A stretch of 64,000 nucleotides of DNA from an uncultured Eubacteriales bacterium. GTDB lineage: Bacteria; Bacillota; Clostridia; Christensenellales; UBA1242. The stretch's first letter is position 1, and the number at the start of each line of letters is the position of its first letter. The notes under the pieces are model-generated. The model was given only the letters and a program-made list of their open reading frames with translations, was not told the DNA's origin and ran no database searches. The position numbers and the translations under genes were made by a program. The stretch covers positions 6,057-70,056 of the forward strand of contig CAOQYA010000003.1 of NCBI GenBank assembly GCA_948514155.1, read 5' to 3'. Shown here piece after piece: positions 26,604-36,448 of this stretch.

Positions 26604-27590
26604 TTAGTTAAAGTTTTCGTGTGGCTTGTCAACATCCACAACTTTATCCATTGCGCTGAAAACTTGAGTAAATGTTGCATTTGTGCTAAGAGTCAATGTC
26701 GCAAAATCAGCATAAATGTAACTTATGAACTTCTCTCTGCGCACCATTTTTGCAAGTTTGCCCGTTTTCTTGTTGATTGTGAACTCATATTCATAACTTT
26801 GATAGGTCACAGGTCCAAGAGCAGAGTTTGCACGATAGTATCTATTCATTTCTTCAGGAAGTTTGCCCAAGTTATACGAAAGCGTCACAACATTATATGT
26901 TTTGCTTGTGCGATTGTTGTAGTCCTTCACAGAACAAGTTCTTTCGTTAATTTTAAGTGGAAATTCCATTGAGTGAACAACAACAAATCTCTCTTTTGCC
27001 TCATTTTTTGTGAAAGTCTGTTTGTTCCCAACTGATGCGTCATATGTTCGGTCTTTGTAGTTTGCCCTTGGAGTTTCAGCAAATATCGTGCTGTCTTCGG
27101 CTTCATTGGTGTAAATGCTTCTGTATCCTTCCTTTAAGAAATTGCCTGCGTGAAGTTTTTCAGCAACAAAATCTCCGCCGAAAACATTTCCATAATAGAA
27201 ATAGCACTCTTCAAGGTTTTCATTTTGATTTCTTAAAACATTTCCAACAGCATATTGGGTTACACTTGCAGGCGTTCCCGCCACCACGGTTGAATTTTTG
27301 ATTTCATAAACAAAACTCGATTTGCTTCCCTTGCCGTTGTTATATATATCAAGAGCATAGTTTACAAGTTCAATGGGGTCACATGGAATTTCCACATCGC
27401 TACTGTTGTTATCCTCGTCTTCTTCGTCTGGGTCAAGAGGTGGAAGGTCGTCGATATTTGAGCCGTTGTTGGTCTCGCTATCGCTTGCATAAGAACTTGA
27501 AGTCGACAAAAATGTCATTCCGATATATGCACCTATCAGAATGACCAGCATCGCAAACATTAAATAATATTTAACACTTCTAGTCTTCAT
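26604..27590 (-). CDS. Membrane-anchored secreted hypothetical protein, tandem paralogue B
   Basis: TM anchor, acidic linker (DPDEEDEDNN), then a conserved block DPIELVNYALDIYNNGKG shared with the upstream gene. Confidence 0.55.
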   Translation of the reverse strand: MKTRSVKYYLMFAMLVILIGAYIGMTFLSTSSSYASDSETNNGSNIDDLPPLDPDEEDEDNNSSDVEIPCDPIELVNYALDIYNNGKGSKSSFVYEIKNSTVVAGTPASVTQYAVGNVLRNQNENLEECYFYYGNVFGGDFVAEKLHAGNFLKEGYRSIYTNEAEDSTIFAETPRANYKDRTYDASVGNKQTFTKNEAKERFVVVHSMEFPLKINERTCSVKDYNNRTSKTYNVVTLSYNLGKLPEEMNRYYRANSALGPVTYQSYEYEFTINKKTGKLAKMVRREKFISYIYADFATLTLSTNATFTQVFSAMDKVVDVDKPHENFN

Positions 27591-27637
27591 GCGTTCCTTT
27601 ATTTTTCTGTTCTTGTGTTTTCGACCTTTCCATTATA

Positions 27638-28612
27638 CTATAAACTATCACGAAGTGCAATAGTTTTATTCATATTCGCGAAAGTTTGCACAGTTGTAGC
27701 TTTAGAATTTATCGGGCAAGAGCCCACAACCGGAGCGTTCACCGCTGTTGCCCTAAAACTCTCTTCTCTTTTTATAGAGTAGATATTGCCTGTTTTGTTA
27801 TGAATTTTAAAGGTGATTGAAAGGCTTTGATATACAACATCCTTCATTTGTCCCGAGCAGGTGTAATAATCAAGATAGTTTTTAGGCAAAGAAGAAGGGT
27901 TTTTGTAAAGCACTGTGATTTCTCTGTAAGTTTTGCCCTGCGTGTCGTTATTTATGATTTTAACTGTGTTAGCATTGATTTTAATTGGAAAATCAAGACC
28001 TTGCAAAACTTTGAATTCAGAAAGCGCCTTTTCAGTTGTGATTGTCTCATTTCTCGACGCATTCGCAAGATTGAATGTCTGATTTTTATAGTTATAGTCA
28101 TTTGTTATGCCAACTTGCGTCATGCCGGTGGAGTTATTAACATAAAAGCCCTTAAAGTAGTTCGCCACGCTTCCAGCAGCAGCCCCACCCTCAAAAGAAT
28201 AGAAGTAGTTTTCTTCAATGGAAACTTTCTCTCCCTTAGAGTTAGTGCCGCGCACAACCTTGCCGTCCATATACTGCGTTGCAGGAATAGTTCCAACACT
28301 GGTCTGCGCGCTGTTAACAACTGCGCTTTTAAATGTGCTTTCATAGCCTTTGCCATTGTTAAGAATGTCAAGGCTGAAGGCAATAAGTTCAAATGGGTCA
28401 ACCGGCACATCGATTTCTTCGCTTGGATCTTCTTGATTAGGGTCGTCTTCAGGTGGCTCCGGCTCAACAATCACGCCCGAGTTTCCAGCATTGCTGCCAG
28501 AGTCTCCCGTGCCAGCAGGCTGCGACAACAAAAAACTCATGCCAAGATAGCATCCCACCAAGGCAACGAGTCCAATCATAATTAAATTATATCTTAACTT
28601 TTTAAAGTTCAT
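27638..28612 (-). CDS. Membrane-anchored secreted hypothetical protein, tandem paralogue A
   Basis: Start moved to the ATG at 28612 (MNFKKLRYNLIMIG...) to match the paralogue's N-terminus. DPFELIAFSLDILNNGKG block. Confidence 0.55.
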   Translation of the reverse strand: MNFKKLRYNLIMIGLVALVGCYLGMSFLLSQPAGTGDSGSNAGNSGVIVEPEPPEDDPNQEDPSEEIDVPVDPFELIAFSLDILNNGKGYESTFKSAVVNSAQTSVGTIPATQYMDGKVVRGTNSKGEKVSIEENYFYSFEGGAAAGSVANYFKGFYVNNSTGMTQVGITNDYNYKNQTFNLANASRNETITTEKALSEFKVLQGLDFPIKINANTVKIINNDTQGKTYREITVLYKNPSSLPKNYLDYYTCSGQMKDVVYQSLSITFKIHNKTGNIYSIKREESFRATAVNAPVVGSCPINSKATTVQTFANMNKTIALRDSL

Positions 28613-28802
28613 ATTCCCAATAATTATCGTCTTTTCGTCGACAATGTAAATATAACACAAAAAACGCCTTAAGTCAACAAAATCGATAATAATTCTTATT
28701 TTTCTTTAATTATACATATTTGAGCGTAGACAAAAATATGAACTTTTCCTTAAATTTCGCCCGAAAAAGGCAAATTGCAATAATGTTTGCAATGCATATT
28801 TT

Positions 28803-31232
28803 TTACTTTTGAACAATCAAATTCACAATCTTGCCAGGCACATAAATCACCTTGTTAACAGTTGCGCCGGCAAGAATATCGGCATGTTTTGCCTCTATTT
28901 CGCTGAGAATTGCATCATTTTCAATATCTTTATCAACTGCAATTGTGCGAACAAATTTGCCATTCACTTGCACAGGCAAATTCATAACATCCTCTTGCAA
29001 AAACTCAGGGTCATATTTCGGCCAACTCTCGCCTAATATGCCGCCGCCAAACACTCTTTCAAACATTTCACTTGTGATGTGCGGCGCGAGCGGGTTTAAA
29101 AGCACAAGGAAGTTTTTTAACTCCTCGCGAGAAATAAACTTATCTTCCCTCACCTTTTTTATAAAAATCATAAGCGCCGAAATTGCGGTGTTGAGGCGGA
29201 GATTTTCAAGGTCTTCGGAGACCTTTTTGATAAGTCTGTTCATTTCATATATATGCTCTTTGCTTATCTCGTCGCCCTTAATCATATCTTGCAAGCCCCA
29301 AACGCGGTCTAAAAAGCCGGTAATGCCGGTGATGCCTTGATATGTCCACGGCGTGTTATCTTCATATCCGCCAAGGAAATGCACATGCAGTCTTGCCGCA
29401 TCTGCCCCATATTTATCGATAACTTCAAGCGGCGAAACGCCATTTTTGGAACTTTTGCTCATTTTCTTGCCTTGGTCGTCCAGAATAAGTCCGCTGCCCA
29501 TTTTTCTAATAAACGGGTCCCTTGTTGGCACAGCGCCAATTTCATACAAGAAATTTTGCCAGAAAAATGCATACAGAACATGACGAGTGATATGTTCCGT
29601 TCCGCCGGTGTAGCAGTCCACACTGCCCCAATATTTAAGTTTTTCATAGTCGGCAAGCGCTTTGTCGTTGTGCGGGTCGATATATCTCAGCCAATACCAG
29701 CTTGAGCCCGCCCAGTTTGGCATGGTGTCGGTCTCGCGGCGAGCCGGACGACCACACTTAGGGCACTTGCAGTTAACCCAATCATTCACCTTGGAAAGCG
29801 GGCTGTCGCCCATTTCGTTTGGCATGTAGTCGTCTGTGCGCGGCAAAGTTAAAGGCAAATCTTCCTCTTTAAGCGCAACTATTCCGCAATGCTCGCAAAA
29901 TACAACCGGGAAAGGCTCGCCCCAATATCTTTGGCGATTGAATGGCCAGTCTTGCATGCGAAAGTTAACTTGCTTCTCGCCCACGCCCATTTTGATAATC
30001 TTGTCGGCAATTTTTTCTTTAGCCTCTTTCACTTGCATGCCTGAAAACTCTTCCGAGTTTATTAGGCGAGAGTTTTTGGCAAGATATTCGTATTTTTCCA
30101 CCGCGCTTATAGAACAGTCGCCTTCGATAACTTGTATCATTGGAATATTGAACTTCTCTGCGAACTCGTAGTCTCGCTGGTCGTGCGTTGGAACAGCCAT
30201 AACTGCGCCTGTGCCATAGCCGGCAAGCACAAAATCTGCAAGGAACACCTTCACTTTTTTGCCGTTTACAGGGTTTATCGCATAGACGCCCTTAAGTTCG
30301 CAGCCGGTCTTATCTTTTTGGTCGCTCATGCGGTCAAACTGGCTTCTGAGGCTGACCTTTTTCCTATATTCTTCAACTTCTTGGAAGTTTTCGATGCTAT
30401 CTTTTATTTTGTCAACAATATCGTGCTCCGGAGCAAGCACCATGAAAGTTATGCCATATATTGTCTCCACGCAGGTGGTGAATATGGAGATATCCCCCAC
30501 ATTTTTATCCGTTTTGTCCACAAGTTTAAAATCAACTTGCATGCCTTCACTCTTGCCAATCCAATTCCGCTGCGCTTCTTTAAGATTTTCGGACATGTTT
30601 ATCCTCTCAACATTGCCAAGCAGTTTTTCCGAATACTCCTTCATTTTGAGATACCACACCCAACGCTCTTTTTGCACAACATCACCGCCGCAGCGGTCGC
30701 ACTTGCCGCCCTGACTGTCCTCGTTTGAAAGCGTGGTCTTGCAGTTTGGACAATAGTTAACAAAGCCCTTTTGCTTGTAGGCTTTATCGTGATTTAAGAG
30801 TTGCAAGAAAATCCATTGTGTCCATTTGAAATATTCCGGATCACTGGTGCAGATTGTTCTATCCCAGTCAAAAGAAAGACCCAAAAGTTTAGACTGCGAA
30901 AGCACTGTTTTCATGCCATTTGCAACAAAATCACTTGGATTTATGCCCGTCTTTATTGCAGCATTCTCTGCCGGAAGGCCAAAAGCGTCGCCGCCGATAG
31001 GGAAAAGCACATTGTAGCCCTGAAATCTTTTCATTCTTGCAAGGGCATCGGCAGGAATTGTGCCTTTAAGGTGGCCCATGTGCAAGTTGCCGCTTATGTT
31101 AAAAAACTCATAGAGCACATAATATTTCGGCTTTGTCGGGTGAAAGTCCACCGCTTTAAAATATGGCTCATTTTCCCAGCGCGCTTGCCACTTTTTTTCT
31201 ATCTCTTTAAAATTGTAGTTTCCCTCTTGCAT
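28803..31232 (-). CDS. leuS: Leucine--tRNA ligase
   Basis: HMGHL (HIGH) and KMSKS motifs, 809 aa. Confidence 0.95.
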   Translation of the reverse strand: MQEGNYNFKEIEKKWQARWENEPYFKAVDFHPTKPKYYVLYEFFNISGNLHMGHLKGTIPADALARMKRFQGYNVLFPIGGDAFGLPAENAAIKTGINPSDFVANGMKTVLSQSKLLGLSFDWDRTICTSDPEYFKWTQWIFLQLLNHDKAYKQKGFVNYCPNCKTTLSNEDSQGGKCDRCGGDVVQKERWVWYLKMKEYSEKLLGNVERINMSENLKEAQRNWIGKSEGMQVDFKLVDKTDKNVGDISIFTTCVETIYGITFMVLAPEHDIVDKIKDSIENFQEVEEYRKKVSLRSQFDRMSDQKDKTGCELKGVYAINPVNGKKVKVFLADFVLAGYGTGAVMAVPTHDQRDYEFAEKFNIPMIQVIEGDCSISAVEKYEYLAKNSRLINSEEFSGMQVKEAKEKIADKIIKMGVGEKQVNFRMQDWPFNRQRYWGEPFPVVFCEHCGIVALKEEDLPLTLPRTDDYMPNEMGDSPLSKVNDWVNCKCPKCGRPARRETDTMPNWAGSSWYWLRYIDPHNDKALADYEKLKYWGSVDCYTGGTEHITRHVLYAFFWQNFLYEIGAVPTRDPFIRKMGSGLILDDQGKKMSKSSKNGVSPLEVIDKYGADAARLHVHFLGGYEDNTPWTYQGITGITGFLDRVWGLQDMIKGDEISKEHIYEMNRLIKKVSEDLENLRLNTAISALMIFIKKVREDKFISREELKNFLVLLNPLAPHITSEMFERVFGGGILGESWPKYDPEFLQEDVMNLPVQVNGKFVRTIAVDKDIENDAILSEIEAKHADILAGATVNKVIYVPGKIVNLIVQK

Positions 31233-31260
31233 AACTCTTTCCTTAACAATAGTTTTGGCT

Positions 31261-31290
31261 AGTATACACCTTTTTGGAAATTATTGTCAA
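31261..31290 (-). promoter_or_regulatory. Putative leuS promoter
   Basis: Minus strand: TTGACA, 18-nt spacer, TATACT. Short leader. Confidence 0.5.
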
Positions 31291-31360
31291 TTAAATAAGT
31301 CTTTGTCTCCAACTTAACCCGCTTAAAAAAATAAACTTTAAAAAAATGTGCTTAAAACTG

Positions 31361-31389
31361 TTGACAATTTGTTTTGCGTTAGATATAAT
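31361..31389 (+). promoter_or_regulatory. Consensus SigA promoter of rplJL
   Basis: TTGACA, 17-nt spacer, TATAAT, read directly. Confidence 0.75.
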
Positions 31390-31525
31390 ATCAAAGTCTA
31401 AATAAATCTTTCCATAGACAGCAAGTGCTATTGCGTAAATGCTCGAGGGGCATGCTTGCCGAGGAAAAAGGATATAAGCGAATTTTCTCTCTTGCACCTT
31501 TTTCTTTGGCGCAAGAGATTTTTTT
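31390..31525 (+). promoter_or_regulatory. rplJ 5' leader with terminator/attenuator hairpin (L10-leader type autoregulation)
   Basis: About 170-nt leader. TCTCTTGCACC-loop-GGCGCAAGAGA plus T7 at 31488-31525, just upstream of the RBS AAAGGAGG. Confidence 0.55.
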
Positions 31526-31561
31526 AGATTGCACAAAACAAAAATCTAAAAAGGAGGAAAT

Positions 31562-32080
31562 ATGAGTGCTAATTTTGAAGCAAAGAAATTGGTAGTTGCC
31601 GAAATCAAGGAAAAACTTGAAAAAGCAAAATCCGTAACTTTCGTTGACTATCGTGGACTTACTGTTGAAGAAGACACAAAAATGCGTAAAGAATTCCGCG
31701 AAAACGGCGCAGAATATAAAGTCTACAAAAACAGATTGATGCTCCTTGCACTTAACGAACTCGGAATAAAAGGTGCCGAAAAATACCTTGAAGGCACAAG
31801 TGCCGTTGTTTTTGGATATAACGACGAAGTTAGCCAAGCGAAAATCGTTTGTGACTATGTTGAGAAAACCAAAAAACTTAGTATCAAATTTGGGTTACTT
31901 AATGGACAGAGCGTTGAAAGCAAGGACATTGAAGCTCTTGCCAAACTTCCATCCAAGGAAGTTCTTGTGGCAAAACTTCTTGGAACACTGCTTGCTCCTA
32001 TCAGTGGGCTTGCTAGGGTTCTTAATGCCCCTACTCAGGGTCTTGCAATCGCACTTAATGCCATTGCAACAAAAGAGTAA
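31562..32080 (+). CDS. rplJ: 50S ribosomal protein L10
   Basis: 172 aa with typical L10 sequence, immediately upstream of rplL. Confidence 0.95.
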   Translation: MSANFEAKKLVVAEIKEKLEKAKSVTFVDYRGLTVEEDTKMRKEFRENGAEYKVYKNRLMLLALNELGIKGAEKYLEGTSAVVFGYNDEVSQAKIVCDYVEKTKKLSIKFGLLNGQSVESKDIEALAKLPSKEVLVAKLLGTLLAPISGLARVLNAPTQGLAIALNAIATKE

Positions 32081-32112
32081 TCAAAAGTAAAAAATTTTAG
32101 GAGGAAATTAAA

Positions 32113-32493
32113 ATGGCTGAAATCAAAAACCTTATCGAAGAAATCAAAAAACTTACAATCGTTGAAGTTAGCGAACTTGTAAAAGCTCTTGAAGAAGAGT
32201 TTGGAGTTAGTGCTGCTGCCCCAGTTGCAGTTGCTGCAGCTCCTGTTGCAGGTGCAGCTCCAGCTGCTGCTGCAGAAGAGAAAACAGAATTTAATGTTGT
32301 GCTCAAAGAAGTTGGAGCAAACAAAATCGCTGTTATCAAAGTTGTTAGAGAACTTACAGGCCTTGGCCTTAGCGAAGCAAAAGCGCTCGTTGACGGTGCT
32401 CCAAGCACAATCAAAGAGAATGTTGCAGCTGCTGAAGCTAAAGAAATGGAAGCTAAGCTTAAAGAAGCTGGCGCAACTGTTGAACTTAAGTAA
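32113..32493 (+). CDS. rplL: 50S ribosomal protein L7/L12
   Basis: Ala-rich hinge plus [27 protein letters not shown]. Confidence 0.97.
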   Translation: MAEIKNLIEEIKKLTIVEVSELVKALEEEFGVSAAAPVAVAAAPVAGAAPAAAAEEKTEFNVVLKEVGANKIAVIKVVRELTGLGLSEAKALVDGAPSTIKENVAAAEAKEMEAKLKEAGATVELK

Positions 32494-32528
32494 TCAAATT
32501 AGGCAAATTTTAAATTTTGTTTTGTGTG

Positions 32529-32561
32529 AAAAAAAATTCGCGTTCCTCGCGAATTTTTTTA
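32529..32561. terminator. Bidirectional intrinsic terminator
   Basis: AAAAAAAATTCGCG-TTCC-TCGCGAATTTTTTT. Confidence 0.75.
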
Positions 32562-32567
32562 TTAACT

Positions 32568-35087
32568 TTATGCAATTTTATCAAATTTTGTAAAGCCTAA
32601 ACTTTCGAATTTAGCAGCAACATCCTCGCCGCTCAACACTCCCTCCTGCCAAAAGAACTTCTTTAACACAGGATGCGCATCATTAAGTTTTTCGCTCCAG
32701 CCCCAGTCTGAGGAAGCAAACATCGGCGTCTCGCTGTTATGGACAAGGCCTTTGAAATCGGCATAGTCATTAGGAGCGGCGGCGTCCATAATCACCTTCG
32801 TTTGCACAGCGCAGTTAGTTGTGTTAAAACTTCTGAGGTTAGAAAGTTGCCCCTCGTCCAGCTCAAAACTTGCAAGCTCCATTTTAGGCGATAAGGTCAC
32901 TTGAACATTTAGGCTAAGATTGTTAACTCTTAAATTTGCATCCGAGTTTGCAAGAATGTTTCCATAGGCCATTTTCAGCATATCTGAAATATTCATATCG
33001 GCGCCTGTAAATTTGATGTCTGCGTCTGAATAGTCAGCATGCGTGTTAAGTTCAATGTTCTCAAGAATGGTGTTTTCGCAAGTGAAAGCGCCAAAATTCA
33101 TGAAGTTGCTCTTTGTGAAAATGTCGCCATATATTCCGGAAAGTTCGAGCGATGCAAGTTTAGCCCCTTGATTATCTGGCACGGCCACCACTGTGCCGAT
33201 GCATAGGAAATATGACAGCATGTCTGTTTGGTCGTAGTCACAATTTAACAGAATTTTGCTGTCTCTAATCGAAATAGTGGTCTTTTTCTCGCCATTTTCG
33301 TCAAGACTGATACTTCCAATATGATTAACTAGCCCAGCAAAACTGGTGTGCCTGTCAATAAGGCATGCTGCCGAGCAACCTTCAACTGAAATATCACCAA
33401 TAACAGCACTAGCATTCAGCGAACCTCCAGCAAGCAAAATTCCTGCGGCCGTGCTCATGAAAGAATGCGATCCGTCAGCATATTTATATCCCAGCCTTTT
33501 CTCTTCTTCCTGGCTGTAGCGCACAAGCGAGCCGGTGTTTGTGCAGTTCTTGATTGTTATTGAGCCGCTTGTCAAAATTGCAATTCCCGAAGAAAACGAT
33601 TGACCAAGCGTGCTTGAAATGATAACGGGATAGGCAAGAGTGCCGGCATTTAAGCAGTCGATTATGCTCATGCTAGCGCAATTAGAAACTTCACCCACAA
33701 TTCCGCTTTGATAGCCGCCCGAATAGATGTTTCCATAGTTTTTGCAGCCAAGCACGAGCACACTGTTGCAGTCCTCCGCCTTGCCGATAATGCCGCCATA
33801 TCCGTCGTTGGCACGACTTGTTGCGATGCAGTAAAAATCACCAAAGTTTTCACATTTTCGCACTTCCATGCGTCCTGTCTCTCCTCTCTGGACCAAGCCA
33901 ACAATGCCGCCCGTCTCAGCAGCGGTGGCAAATGTTGCATAGTTTTTGCAGCCCACAATTTCAGCGTCGCAGCCACCCATGTCCCAGCCTAAAAAGCCGC
34001 CAACATAAGAGCCTTCGCCAGAGCCGGTGCTATATATCATTCCTTTTGATATCGAATTCGACATCCTAATTTTCATGCCCGAGCCATTCATAAAAAATGG
34101 GACTGCATTTCCACCATAAACTTCACATGTGGAAGAACAGTTGATAACTTCGATAGGCACAATTCCAAGCCCGTCACTTGAGCCGTCTAAAGCAGGCATT
34201 CCAAGCCCGGACATGGTGCCAAGACCGCCCAAATAGAAATCACATCCAACAAATCTTGAGCCGTCCACGATATACATAAAGTATAGCAGCATTCCGCCAG
34301 CGCCCTGCTTGAACTGATATGACATGTTTTCAAATGTTGTGAAACTGGAAATAGCGGCAATCGCTAAGCCTCCGCCAAGGCCTCCGTTGTTTGCGCAGTC
34401 CGCTTCAAACGAAATGTTTTCGATAACACTATCTTCGAAAGGCAGCACCGGTGTGGCCGAGCCAGACATCGCCATTGAAAAGGTTATGTTTCCAACTGAA
34501 GTGAAAAGTCCCACGCCATACATAACATAGTTAAACATCTTGTGCCCCTGGCCGTCAAGGTGGCCAATGAAGCCGTCGGTGACCAAATTGCCGTCGTCTG
34601 CAAAAGTCAGGTCATACAAAAAGCCATTAAAGTCGATATCATTTTCAAGAACAGCATAAGTGTATGTTTTATCTTCTGTTGGAAGGCCGGTCTTGTAAAC
34701 AAACCACACCCAGCCTTTCATGTTTTTAATTATGTAAGGGCTCTGTTCTGTTCCCTCGCCGGTCAGAGCCCCGTCGTCGCCTATCGGCGCAATTTTGCCG
34801 TCGTCTGTCTGCCAAGAAGCAATGTCGTCTGCAAAAATTCCGGTCAGTCGTTTCTGCGAAAGCACATTTCCGCTCTCGTCCACATATTCCGCCGTCCACT
34901 TGGCGTCGAAGTCAGCGACCTGCTTTTCCAACCTAGCCTTTAAGTCCGCAAAAACAGGCTCGGCAAGGTCGCGGCCGAGTTTGTTATATTCAACTGTTGG
35001 AGTTTCCTCCGCTTCTGCTGTTAGGCAGTTAGGGAAACACCCCCCTGTAACAATATGGGGCAGAGCATAACACAAGCAAGCACACAA
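32568..35087 (-). CDS. Large GLUG-repeat surface protein (N-terminal signal peptide apparently out of frame)
   Basis: Recurrent GG(I/L/F)(V/I/L)G blocks (GGIVGLVQ, GGIIGKAE, SGIVGEVS, GGFLGW) typical of the GLUG motif. See the T8 tract at 35102-35109. Confidence 0.7.
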   Translation of the reverse strand: MCACLCYALPHIVTGGCFPNCLTAEAEETPTVEYNKLGRDLAEPVFADLKARLEKQVADFDAKWTAEYVDESGNVLSQKRLTGIFADDIASWQTDDGKIAPIGDDGALTGEGTEQSPYIIKNMKGWVWFVYKTGLPTEDKTYTYAVLENDIDFNGFLYDLTFADDGNLVTDGFIGHLDGQGHKMFNYVMYGVGLFTSVGNITFSMAMSGSATPVLPFEDSVIENISFEADCANNGGLGGGLAIAAISSFTTFENMSYQFKQGAGGMLLYFMYIVDGSRFVGCDFYLGGLGTMSGLGMPALDGSSDGLGIVPIEVINCSSTCEVYGGNAVPFFMNGSGMKIRMSNSISKGMIYSTGSGEGSYVGGFLGWDMGGCDAEIVGCKNYATFATAAETGGIVGLVQRGETGRMEVRKCENFGDFYCIATSRANDGYGGIIGKAEDCNSVLVLGCKNYGNIYSGGYQSGIVGEVSNCASMSIIDCLNAGTLAYPVIISSTLGQSFSSGIAILTSGSITIKNCTNTGSLVRYSQEEEKRLGYKYADGSHSFMSTAAGILLAGGSLNASAVIGDISVEGCSAACLIDRHTSFAGLVNHIGSISLDENGEKKTTISIRDSKILLNCDYDQTDMLSYFLCIGTVVAVPDNQGAKLASLELSGIYGDIFTKSNFMNFGAFTCENTILENIELNTHADYSDADIKFTGADMNISDMLKMAYGNILANSDANLRVNNLSLNVQVTLSPKMELASFELDEGQLSNLRSFNTTNCAVQTKVIMDAAAPNDYADFKGLVHNSETPMFASSDWGWSEKLNDAHPVLKKFFWQEGVLSGEDVAAKFESLGFTKFDKIA

Positions 35088-35101
35088 AACTGCACAAATA
35101 G

Positions 35102-35109
35102 AAAAAAAA
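35102..35109. repeat. A8/T8 homopolymer separating an ATG plus signal peptide from the GLUG ORF frame
   Basis: The ATG at 35133 (minus) gives MKTKSISKFFF...; removing one T fuses it in frame to the 839-aa ORF. Confidence 0.8.
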
Positions 35110-35227
35110 TTTTGATATGCTTTTCGTTTTCATGACTTTAGTTTATCACCTTTGCGGCTTTCTAGTCAAATATTTTCGCTAATTTTCGCACAAGAAAAAA
35201 ACCGCGCCTTTCGGTGCGGTTTTCAAA

Positions 35228-36385
35228 TTACTCAGCGTCGGTCTCTTCGCTTGCCTTAAGTTGCTCTTCAATCTCAGCAAGGTCAGCCTTAATCTGGTCG
35301 TTCTGAGCCTTAAGAATGTTATACATTTTTTCAAGAACTGGGAACCTGTCTTTGTTGTTCTGCATAACTTCGTGGCAGTGTTGAACAGAAAGTTTAAGTC
35401 CGTCAAGAAGGTCAAGTTCTTCAGCAAGTTTCTTTGCCTTCTCTTCGTCGATGTCTTCATAGTTGTTTACGCCATAGAGCATAACTTTCTGCTTAGCAAC
35501 AATCGCTTCTTTTCTGCGAAGTTTCTTTTCGTCGTTAGCAAGAGTTTTGTTAACTTTTGCAAGTGGAAGATATTCTTTCTTGCAAGCCTTGAACTCTTTC
35601 TCGTTTTCCTTAAGTCTTGCCTCAAGTTCAGCCTTTTCAGCCTCAAGTTCTTCCCTTGGTGTTGCAGGAGCAGCGGTGATTATTGTTGCACCCTCCTCAC
35701 GAGCAGACTGAAGTTCTTGTGAAAGTGCAGCAAATTTTGCTCTTTCCTCTTCAAGCGCTCTTCTTGCTTCTTCAAGTTCAGCCTTGATTGCAGCAGTCTC
35801 GTCGTTCTGCTCTTCAACTGCCTCTTCTTCAACAGTCTCTTCAACAACTTCTTCAACTTGTTCTTCTTCAACTTCTTCGGCCACTTCTTCGGCTGGCTCT
35901 TGAACAGGCTCAAGGCCTTCGTCTTCTTCGTCCTCGTCCTCTTCTTCTTCAAGTTGAGCCTGCATGCGTCTTAAGATTTCTTCCTTTCTCTTCTCAAGTG
36001 CAGCGCGAGCCTCTGCAAGTTTTTCCTCTTCAGATTGCTCTTCTGTCTCTTCTTCCATCTTCTCTTCTTCAACAGGTGCTTCTTCCACAGCAGTTGGAAC
36101 AAACTCTTCAACCTTAGCCTCTTCTTGTGGCTTGTCTTCCGAGATTTGAAGAAGAATTGAACTTACAACCGGGTTTTCTTTAACCTCTTCAGCGTCTTCT
36201 GCAGGCATTGCTTCAAGTTTTTTCTGAAGTTTCTTTGCAGAGTCCTTTTTCTTGTTTTTAATTCTTTCCTCTTGTCCTTTAGGATCGATAATTGAAATCA
36301 ACAAATCGCCAAGGAAGAAGATTAAAAAGCCGCCAGCGATAATAATTCCAAGCACAATCACAACATTAAGAATAACTGTTCCCAT
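35228..36385 (-). CDS. Membrane-anchored Glu-rich coiled-coil protein
   Basis: N-terminal TM (VILNVVIVLGIIIAGGFLIFFLG), then long E/A/K-rich low-complexity and coiled-coil sequence. Confidence 0.55.
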   Translation of the reverse strand: MGTVILNVVIVLGIIIAGGFLIFFLGDLLISIIDPKGQEERIKNKKKDSAKKLQKKLEAMPAEDAEEVKENPVVSSILLQISEDKPQEEAKVEEFVPTAVEEAPVEEEKMEEETEEQSEEEKLAEARAALEKRKEEILRRMQAQLEEEEDEDEEDEGLEPVQEPAEEVAEEVEEEQVEEVVEETVEEEAVEEQNDETAAIKAELEEARRALEEERAKFAALSQELQSAREEGATIITAAPATPREELEAEKAELEARLKENEKEFKACKKEYLPLAKVNKTLANDEKKLRRKEAIVAKQKVMLYGVNNYEDIDEEKAKKLAEELDLLDGLKLSVQHCHEVMQNNKDRFPVLEKMYNILKAQNDQIKADLAEIEEQLKASEETDAE

Positions 36386-36448
36386 TTTTTACCTCTTTTT
36401 TAGATTTATTTATTTTTTCAAGGCCTTAGCCTTGCAAAAACCATTTTC

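Noticed and set aside
31233-31360. T-box leader upstream of leuS.
   Set aside because: Only about 30 nt lie between the predicted -10 box and the start codon, and there is no AATTAGGGTGGTACCGCG-like T-box sequence.
32097-32593. ORFs overlapping rplL (32097..32414 minus, 32189..32593 plus).
   Set aside because: They are alternative-frame or antisense readings of the Ala-rich L7/L12 hinge.
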